Shown here one piece after another: positions 27,508 through 37,699 of a DNA stretch of 64,000 nucleotides. The notes beneath the pieces are model-generated. The model was not told the DNA's origin. It saw only the letters and a program-made list of their open reading frames with translations, and ran no database searches. This DNA is from Tubulanus polymorphus (Eukaryota > Animalia > Nemertea): positions 12,140,275-12,204,274 of the forward strand of contig NC_134032.1 of NCBI RefSeq assembly GCF_964204645.1, in the 5' to 3' direction. Positions within the stretch are counted from its first letter, which is position 1. Every line of letters begins with the position of its first letter. Made by a program: the position numbers and the translations under genes.

Positions 27508-28398
27508 CTGTCAAATCCACACAAGCGATGCTCCATTTCGAAAAAAAAATATTCGTCATACGCAACACCGCGGCGAAATAAACCAACCTGTGAAAATAAA
27601 ACGCGCAAACATAACCGTCTCATATTCATTCTTTCTACCAAAACCAGGAACTTTCCGGACGGGTGCAACAGCAACAGGAGTTTTTGCGTCGCGACAAAAT
27701 GCAATATTCAAACATTTTACTGAACTGACATTCGATAATTTAAAACAGCGTTACTGGTATTGATTATATCACATCCGCCCATTAGCTGTCGGAAAACACT
27801 TACATTTTGTTGTATTGCAGAAATGAAAATTATCACCGTGATTTTAACATCTAAACACCCGCGAACGAATAGCTTTTAAATACCGGTGCATTTGAAAGTC
27901 ATTACGTAAGCCGCGATCTGGCGGAGACGATTTGGCCTGGGCTAAATTGGCCCGTGCCTAAGTGCCGAAATTGCCCAAATATAGGGCCTACTGCATTCAA
28001 CATTCAGCATTCATCACAGTCCGGTCCTCGTTGAGTATTGTCAAGTGAACCAACCCGGTGTTGGAGATCTAGGCTACGCCAACATGGGTACCGACCATAC
28101 CCAAAATTAGTTCCTACTTACCGCAAATGATGGTGACCACTTGCGCGTATTTTTAGAGTATGTCATCCATAAATGCTTGAGGGTATACTTACCGTGTAAA
28201 GAAAAATCACAGAAATTCACCGCTAGATTTCACCGATAATTACTACGCAAAATTCACCGACTTCAATTAAACCAACGGCCACTTGTTTCATGTATCGAGT
28301 TTCGTGTATCGCATTTTACATTTTACACAACTTTAGGACCGGCAATCGACAGTTTCCGGTCGCAGTTCGAGAGACACGCACTTCTGTGATTGCTCAAC
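27508..28398 (-). pseudogene. Inverted pseudogenic array fragment (degenerate exon 4, spacer, frameshifted exon 1)
   Basis: The reverse complement of ~28278-28398 resembles exon 4 (tctctcgaactgcgaccggaaact...) with disruptions. 27508-27623 is exon 1 with an internal deletion/frameshift. The spacer matches the region upstream of copy C exon 1. Confidence 0.75.
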
Positions 28399-28419
28399 CT
28401 TGAAATACGTAGATGGCAC

Positions 28420-29020
28420 TTAGTCTGAGAGGTGCAGGTCCAAACTGTTGAATATCTGACAGGTGCAGGTCAAGACTGTAGAATATCTGAGAGATGCATG
28501 TCAAGACTGTAGAATATCTGAGAGGAGCAGGTCTGAGAGGTGCAGGTCCAAACTGTAGAATATCTGAGAGGTGCAGGTCCAGACTGTAGAATATCTGAGA
28601 GATGCAGGTCCAGACTGTAGAATATCTGAGAGATGCAGGTCCAGACTGTAGAATATCTGAGAGATGCAGGTCCAAACTGTAGAATATCTGAGAGATGCAG
28701 GTCAAGACTGTAGAATATCTGAGAGATGCAGGTCAAGACTGTAGAATATCTGAGAGATGCAGTCAAGACTGTAGAATATCTGAGAGATGCAGGTCAAGGC
28801 TATAGAATATCTGAGAGATGCAGGTCAAGGCTATAGAATATCTGAGAGATGCAGGTCCAGACTGTAGAATATCTGAGAGGAGCAGGTCTGAGAGGTGCAG
28901 GTCCAGACTGTAGAATATCTGAGAGATGCAGGTCCAGACTGTAGAATATCTGAGAGATGCAGGTCCAAACTGATAAATGTCTGACAGGCGCAGGTCCATA
29001 ATGTTGAATGTCTGAGGGGT
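28420..29020. repeat. Minisatellite, 28-bp unit, about 20 copies
   Basis: agactgtagaatatctgagagatgcaggtc repeated. It produces the spurious repetitive ORFs at 28394-29080. Confidence 0.92.
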
Positions 29021-29933
29021 ACTAGACCAGGCTACAGCAGGATTTAGGGTAGAAGATACACATTTGATACCGGGCAGCACTTCGACTTACTTATAAAATT
29101 TTGGCAACACCGAAAAATATAAGTTGCCAATACCAGTTTGGTTTCGGACTGTTACCGGGTATTTCGTAACCATGGTTGCATTCCGCCCTGAAACATGAAA
29201 AACTGAACACGATTGGCTTAGTTTTCCAGACACACTTCATTACGCTTATAAAGCGGATGTTTTTGTCGACGAAAACTCGATAGTTGTCGAAAGTAATTCA
29301 CGTTGTCGTCGAATATTAGTTCAGCAGTGATCGTGTTCCATTATAGATGTACGATATTTGTTCGTGCTGCGTAAGAGCTGTTTCTATCTTATGATCTTTT
29401 TTGGTCATAACGGGGTCAATTTTGGAAGTAGCTTCGTGCGTGAAATAGGTCTTAAACTGATTGAAAAGGTGGTGTATCATAGCAAGCAGGATCTAATCAG
29501 TTTTGCGCTGTTTATATGGATTGCAAAATAGTGTAACGAGTGAGCACGGAATCCGGTGAAATGGATGAAAAGTGTCAACTTTTATCATCAGATTTATTTC
29601 GCTTCGAAAATGTTCGACATAACTGAGATGAACTGATTATTCGTTGAGGGAGGAAGGTTTTGAAGTTTTCCTTAAGAAAAAAACAACTTTGTTCTTCGTC
29701 CCTCTTGGTTCATCATCATTGGGGAATTGTTGCCACTTCTTTGCAAGTCGTCTATCTGGATTCAATATTGTCTTTTTGGCGATCCTTCAATGGACAGTGG
29801 CTTTGAATTCGACATGCCATTCCGTAGCAGGGCCCGACTTTCTGATCAGTTTAAAACCTATTTCGAGTATAAACTCCCAAAACTGACCGGGCTAATGTCC
29901 ATGTAACATCCAACAGTTAATAGACTCGAAAGT

Positions 29934-32221
29934 ATGAGGCAGTTCTATTCGCTGGCGTTTTTTATTGGAGCGTTTTATTTTCACTGGTTGAATGATATCA
30001 CTGCGGCATTGAGTTTGGAGCGAGCATTTGAGAACGGAGCATCGGTGACAGCTGATTTAACGGGTAAGTTTTTGAAGCATATTTGATCACGCGTTCAGAC
30101 ACCTTCAGTCGAACTCGCAACTGCGACTCGGTCCAGGTCTCAAGGTGGTGCTGAGTATGAAAAAAAAATCTAAATCGCCATAGAATATGTTTTCGGTAAA
30201 ACACGAATATTAACACAATTTCAAATCTAAACCACGAGTCGAAAATTAGTTTACGCAACTCGCGCTAAAATCTAAAATCGACTCGAGAGTCTAACAACAA
30301 TTCTATCAAAATGAATTAACTACGAGCTTATTCAAACTGTGAACGGAGGAAAACTGGACGAATACCTGTAAGTATTGTAGCTCAGATTCGTTATTGACAG
30401 CGATACAAAAAAGAACACCGATGAATAAAACTAGATATTCGCCCCCTAATTCTTACACCGCGAAATCTAACATTTCTATAGACCGGTTTTCATACTGTGT
30501 ATAAAGAAAAAAGTTGTAACTACGCCACAAGACGATACACGAATATCTACAGTAAAAACAAAAACTGGATTAGAAAATGCCCGGTGCGATTATACCCTTT
30601 TCTACCAATTATTACTAAATATGAATTTGATATTTCATCCTGGGCTCAAGAGTTATCTATCAAACCAGGCACCTATTTGCAATTGCTAAAATAGGTGGAG
30701 TGTGGCAGAAGTTCAATACGAACTCCAGTGTACTCAGAAGCTACCAGGCCAAGTCTACCCAATCGCAGAGATGATGGATCTTTGTTCATGCAGCAGCGTC
30801 GGAATCAGGATTTCAGGGAGGCGTGCACAAATTAGGAAGGGGGTCGGGGTCCTCCCCCAGAAAATTACTTAGAAACAAAACCAATAACAAAATAGCAAGG
30901 ACGTTAGGAGGGGGCACCCCCCCCTGGATCCGCCGCTGTGCAGTATGAGCCCATAACCCCCCCCCCCCCACCTCATTCGTATTGTCTTTCAAACAGCAGG
31001 CTGGAACATCACTGTTTATCAAGGTGAACCCTCAAGGACGCGTCGGCGCAGTCTAGTTAGCTGTCCGACTGATATGGTGATGGTTAGCTGCAGGTGCTCG
31101 AACAGGTGCGACGGTGCGAGATTCGCGCGCTCCAATATCACATGCGAGGCCTTTGTGCGGCCACCAGAAATTATTCGGGTACGTCATGTGACACCAGCAG
31201 ACGATTAACGCTTATTTTTATCACCAGATAGCCGTTAATAGACTAACAGCAGTTTTCAATGATTATTCTAATGAACCATTATTCCCTGTATCAAGTTTCG
31301 TCTATCAAACAATCACCTCTAAAATGATATGAGTGTATTTTCGTCACATGGTTTCGGGTAACAATTTTTCCAAGATCAAATGTTTTACTTTGAGTGTCTG
31401 CCTGTGCCAACGCACAAGGAAACAGGTATACGAGAAACAGCTTTTGGATTTCGTGTTTCTATGTTTCCGTTGTGCCAAACGCAAACGATGCGTCTACACC
31501 CGCAAACATGTTTTATTAGGGAAACATTGCTTGCAGACACGATGTTTCTGATTTCTCGTGAACATACGCGATACCGAGAAACGTCGAAGGTATTTTCACG
31601 TATTATATTCTTTGTTACAGGCAGTTGTCGAATGTACACCAATAGTCCCGCAGCGAAGATTTCTAACAGTGACGCAACCGGGCAGTTTTCTAAAAAACCC
31701 ATCAGTCGAGTGCCCGTCTGGATTGACTGTTGTTTCGTGTACACTTTTTTCTCCGTAAGCCCCTCTCGGCACAATATCAATAATCTATGTCCTTGTACAC
31801 CAGGTTCACCAGTTGTGAGTTAGAATTAACACTGAACTCAGGATCCAGTGCCACAGTTGTGAGTTAGAGCTTGGAGTAATCATTTGACAAATGATTACTC
31901 CATTAAGGGTAGAGTTAACTCTGAACTCATGACCCAGAGTTTTACTCTGAGTTGAAATCAATTCATTTTCAATGTTTTGACTCAACAGTCAAATGCCATT
32001 CAGAACTGTTGGAAAACTGTCAGATTTCTCTATCAATTCGAATTTCGTGAAACAGGGTGGTTTATAACGTAGAGTTATCTTGAACATGATCTTCTTGAAA
32101 TGTTTTTAGGTTGATTCGTTCACAGAAAAATGCTATTTTAAACATTTCTACTCGGAACTGTACTTCCTCCTGTGTAAAATGCGCTATACAAGCTCGGTGC
32201 GTCAAACTACGGGGTAAGTAA
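29934..32221 (+). CDS. Cys-rich secreted protein, array copy H (divergent G/H subgroup)
   Basis: Exons 29934-30063, 31000-31178 (NAGNAG acceptor), 31621-31754, 32110-32213 (donor G|GTAAGT; read-through gives GK-stop at 32219-32221). Confidence 0.8.
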
Positions 32222-33456
32222 CAATGATCATATAGTTTACAAAATCTACCATCTAGTCCAGCATTGGTCGAACATCGTTTGCCGAGGTCGTGGTGGGACT
32301 CACAAAGTCAGACAGCCGGGGCGGATCCACGAATTTGGCTAAGGGGCTCACGTAAAACTTTTCATAGAAATTGGCTTAATTTTTTTAGATTTTAACCCTC
32401 TAGCCCTAGAAAGGTAGATCCCGAATTTTTCTCGAAGCGTTTATGCTGGATCTGCCCAGGTCAGTAACTATTGGAACCCGTAGGCCAAATAATGAACCTA
32501 GAACCAACCTTGAATTTATTAGGACAATTTGAGTAATTTCAATCCTTGTTATAATGAACTATCGGTTACATGTATAACAAATATTTTTTCTGGAGCCCTT
32601 AAGTTCGTTGTAACGAGGTTCCGCTGTAGTAAGTTCGATACATCCCTCAAGAAGCACTTTCAAGTAGCGAGTGGTAAGTTTACGCGCAGCTAAGTTTTAA
32701 AATGCAACCGGAAGTGACGTCACTGGTAGATGGACTAATCGAATCTGCCGCCAGATATCACAACTCTAAGGAAGAGGAGGTTAAGCCCAACGTTGGGTTC
32801 CAATATTTTTTTCTTTCATTTTTTTGAAAATTTGTGGAAACTAATTTTGTGACTCACAGGGGGGAGAACCAATGGAAAAAACAACTATTCTGAAAACTCC
32901 AGAAAACTTAAGACATAGTAAAACGTATTTATATCTAAATCTGATTTATTTAATAATCATTAATACTTGTAGATCTTAGATTTTCATAATTTCAGTGAAA
33001 GAAAAATTTTGCATCAAAAGAAAAATTCTCACGTTGTTTTCCTTGAGACTTTAAACTGACATAAAATTAAAGTTTCAATCTGCAACCTTGACCCTACACC
33101 CCTAACGACATTTGAAACTTAATCAGCATTCTTCCAATTTCAAACTTATCAAGTGTTCAGGACTTTACCTGGGACGATTCTAATTGAAAATCAACTACTC
33201 ACGCTGGTCATTTGATAAACAAGCAGTAGGCTACATGTTCACATGATTTCAGCACTTGAAAATACAGGCAAAATACAAACACTGGACATAGATATTCTAA
33301 GAGTACAATTTCAATAAGAGATCATTCAGACTATCGCCTTCAATTAAAAATACATGTAGCGAATGTTCGCACATTTGACGAGGGTGGGCGGGTTAGTCCA
33401 AGGCTGCGGATTAACTTAATTGAACTTTTAACAGTTAAAACCCACCCGCAAACAGT

Positions 33457-36400
33457 CTAAACGAACTCTCTCGGGGGTGGTTTAACGGGTATACAACCGA
33501 TTGTAAATTTATCCGCCATGTATTGCTGTTTTTCCGCGTCAGTCAATTCCGAAAGCGGTGTATAAAAAGCCACGCGAGAGCATCCACCCGTCGCTGTAGC
33601 AACAGTTGTCGATGACGACGAAGCAGCAGACGCGTTTTGAGATGGAACGTTGCCGAATAAGTTTTTTTGAGCCGGCTGGACTTTTCCAAATAGCGACGTT
33701 TGTCCGGTCGTCTGCCCGCCGAATAGCTTATTATTAGAATTAATATTACTCGTAGAACTCGTCTGATTATTCAAATTGAAACCGAATGTCGACGGTTGTC
33801 CGAAGGTGTTACCGCTAGAGGTCGCCACCGAGGCGTTATTACTGTTCGTAGCGTTACCGCCGAAGACGTTCGTCGACGCGACTTTACCAAACAGTCCGCC
33901 CACGGTGACCGTCGTGCTTCTTCCAAATAAATTATCGCTATTGTTACCGCTGGCGGACCTATTCTTACCGAATAAACCGGCGGGAGTTTTCGTGAATAAA
34001 CCGGAACTAGACGAACTTCCGCCGAAAATGTTGTTATTAGTCTGCGCGGCGGATCCTCCGAACACGTTCGTTCCGTTGAATAAACTCGGTTTAGCGTTCG
34101 AGCCACCGAACGGATTATTATTCTGCGCATTGCTACCGGTCACGGCGGCGACGGGTTTGCCGAATAATCCTGTTTTGTTCGCAGCGACAGATGACGAACT
34201 GTTTCCGAAGAGATTAGTTTTAGCAGACGATCTGGAAAGAAATAAGGATGGAAATAAATACTTTCATTGACCTAGTGAAACATGATTATCCTCCCCAGAG
34301 TTTAATGCTCTCCTGCAATCTGCAATACTTGAGTCATCACTATTTTTAGTCCCAATCTGCGCGAAATTTTCAATTCAATTCGCTAAGAGTAAGTAATCAA
34401 CACAATGATTGTCCTAGCTCTAATGGCTGAACCAAATTTGACTGTATTTACAGTAGACAACAACTATAATTTCCTTTTGTATATAGCACAGACTCCGCCT
34501 TACTCGGTATTCGGTCAAGTCGGCAAATTTTGCCAAATTTAACTTAAGTTTCATTTCCCTCATTGTCAATTCAGAGAAATAGTCAGAGCAGACCGAATGC
34601 TACCGGGTTCCCGGATTCCCAACACTACCAAGTTAGGCCGAGTAAGGTATATATCGTAAAATGATTTACAGAAATTCTAGATAAACTTACCCAGCAGTTG
34701 AAAGCTTCTTGAAATCTTCAACAACCGACAACTGTAAAGACAGAAAGAAGGGCATGAAGACAGATGTTTAAGACGAAAATATTGTTACAAATATTCCTTC
34801 AACACTTCAGAGGATGAAGCGCCATCTGACGGAACATGGAACACTTACTAGTTTAGCTTTTATCGAAGGATTCAAATTTTCAGTTTTCAGTTGGTCTTGT
34901 TTGGCCTTGTTCTCTGCGGCTAAATGGGCTTCTTTGTTTTTCTTCAAAATAAGAACGAAAACTTAATAGAAATTTCTATGACTGAGCTCTTATTCGCTCG
35001 AGGCTAATTTGGAAATCCTGATTTTTTACAAGAAACTGATCCGTGATTTACATAATTGTTGAAACTGCGAGTCGCTTGGCCTTCGACGTAAGCTTCGTAT
35101 CTCATTTCCTCGGCGGAGACATCTTCGAATCCGGGAAAACTCGGCAACGAACCCGCGTACGCGTAACACGAAAACGGCCACATTTTACTCTGCTGCCAGA
35201 CTTCAACATCGCGGGATATTACACCGCTGAAAATATACACTCTCCGATAACAAATAGGGCTCCAGGAACGCTGTGCGCGCTTAGAAAGTGGTTTGAAATG
35301 CTCGACAATCTGACAGACGAGTCCCACAAAAATCGAAACATGCAATTTCACATTCTATGCCGGACAGTCTCCAACTCTTCCCATGAAAACTTCAAAAATG
35401 AGCAAAAATGCTGATTTTGCCGAACAAAAATGGCCACAAGTCACTTTGCTTCCCATGCGGCCAATTTTTGGGGTCAATAGATTCTTTTAAGTCTTTTGAT
35501 GAACGGGCAAGAAGACAGTTTAAACTTATGACCCCATCAGGGTGGCTCATTTCCGCGAAATTACAAATTTTTATTGATTATTATACACGTGGTCATTAAT
35601 ATTACCGGGGTATCCGAATTGCGTGTTGAGTTTTCTGCCAAATTTGTCAAAATCACGGGGTTTTCCGTTTTATTTTCAAGATTGTCTGAATCCCTGAGTT
35701 TATGGTCAGTGGCCACGATAGCTCAGTGACTCTAAACACCCCCAACTCTTTCATTTACCGAAAAATCATTCCTTAATATTGATTTAACCCGCAATTACGA
35801 AGTAACTAAACTGAGAACTAAAGAATAACATTCGGAATGGTGACATTTATCTGGTCGACAGATGTCAGAAAATCAGGCGGCATTTATTCAAATTCCTAAT
35901 AATCTACTTCCCAACACTTGTTTGACCTAATTTCGAAAGAAAACCAACATTACACGCATGAAACAGATTATGCAGATGACACTCACAATATTCAGAGGAG
36001 ATTACTACCCAGGTATTGTCTCTATTACAACTTACACCGGTTACAACTGAACTAACCCGCACAACCTACTGGTAAAACCAAGAGAAATGGAAATAAATTT
36101 CAACGGTAGAAGAGCGCTTGTAACCGGCGCCGGTAAGGGTAAGTATAGTTTATCGAAAAATACACCACTAGGGGGGCATTATTTCGCCGAATCAAATTGG
36201 TGATGACTTAGGAACTAGTTTATTTGAATTTAGGGTCGGGTCCTATGTTTAACCTGCGAACAAATTTTCAAACCTTCATTTAGACAGAGCCGATAGAATA
36301 TGCCCCACTTGTAATACTTTAGGTGACGAATCCCATTTTCTGTTTGACTGTACCTTACTTAACAAACCCCGCAAAAACTATTTGAATTTGAATACCTTAA

Positions 36401-37652
36401 ATACCCTTGATATTCTGAAAAACCCAACGGTCAAATAAGCTAAATTCATTAAGACCGGCTTAGATGTATATAGATCCCTCCAATAGTATATATAGTATTG
36501 TAAATAGTTGATGTATATATATATATTTTGTTACGTTTTCATTCTCTAAATTTTAATCATTTCAGTGTTGTTTTGTAAATATTTGTATATCCATGTGTAA
36601 TAGTTTTCCTCCATATACCATGGAAATGGTTGGAGTGTAAATAAAATCGTAATCGTAATCGTAATCCGCGATGTACATCACGGTATTGCATTTTGAATTG
36701 TACACGAAATACGAGTTAATGTTTCACTTAAATCTGTATGTTAAATAGGTATAGGCCGTTGTTGTGCGAAAACACTAGCGAAATGTGGAGCTAAAGTTGT
36801 GGCTTTGTCGCGTACGCAATCTGACCTTGACTCGCTGAAACAAGAGGTTCGGAGACTTAGGAGACTCGCTATGAACCCCCCAAAGTATAAATAATGTCCG
36901 GTGGTATTTTTCATATTTCGCAGTGTCCCGAAATCGAGACGATTTGTCTTGATCTGAGAGATTGGAAGACGACTCGCGACGCCGCAGAGGGCGCTTTGCC
37001 CATAGATCTATTGATTAATAACGCGGCATTGGTAGTACCGGACGGACCGCTGTTAACCCTCACGGAGGAGAGTTTCGACGAGTAAGGATCACAACAACCC
37101 TTTCAGCGCCGACTAATCAATACCCGCCTAAAGAATGGGAGATAATTTGAAAATTTACAAAATTCCATCCCAGGTTGTTGTATAATATGCATACCACTAT
37201 AGAGCAGTGTATTATTTAGTCACTTATATTTCACAATGTTTGACGAGCGCTGCCATCTTTCAAATGATATTGAATGTCTTAACTCACATGCTCCTTACTA
37301 TCTCCAATCACTTTTATCTATCAAACCTAGTGTTCGAGATCCACGATCATCTAGTCAGTTGCTTTTAACTCAGCCTAGAGCCAAACTTTTATCTGCTGGT
37401 CAGAAAGCGTTCTTTTACCATGCGCCATATCTTTGGAATAGGTTACCTACTCATTTACGTTTTAGCACTTCTTTAGATCGAGTTTTAAATCACGATTAAA
37501 AACTCACCTTTTTACTATTGCTTATTCTTAAACGCCTAATTCTGCCGTGTTTTACTTGTATCTATATCTACTTTTTATTTGCTAGTTCCGTATTCTTTTA
37601 AAAATATTATTCGTAAGCCAAAGAGCATATTCTAATATGGATTTGGAAATAA

Positions 37653-37699
<47 letters not shown>

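Noticed and set aside
28394-29080. Overlapping LRR-looking ORFs (LDLHLSDILQ...)
   Set aside because: Products of the 28-bp satellite, open in several frames.
33776-34270. 164-aa plus-strand ORF and 119-aa alternative-frame ORF
   Set aside because: Antisense and alternative-frame shadows of the low-complexity NUP42 FG exon.
36749-36846. DCXR exon 2 (phase-1 acceptor) as a constant exon for the array's open donors
   Set aside because: Phase-compatible, but DCXR has its own complete exon 1 and the fusion would break the TGAGKGIG motif. Nothing in the sequence supports it.
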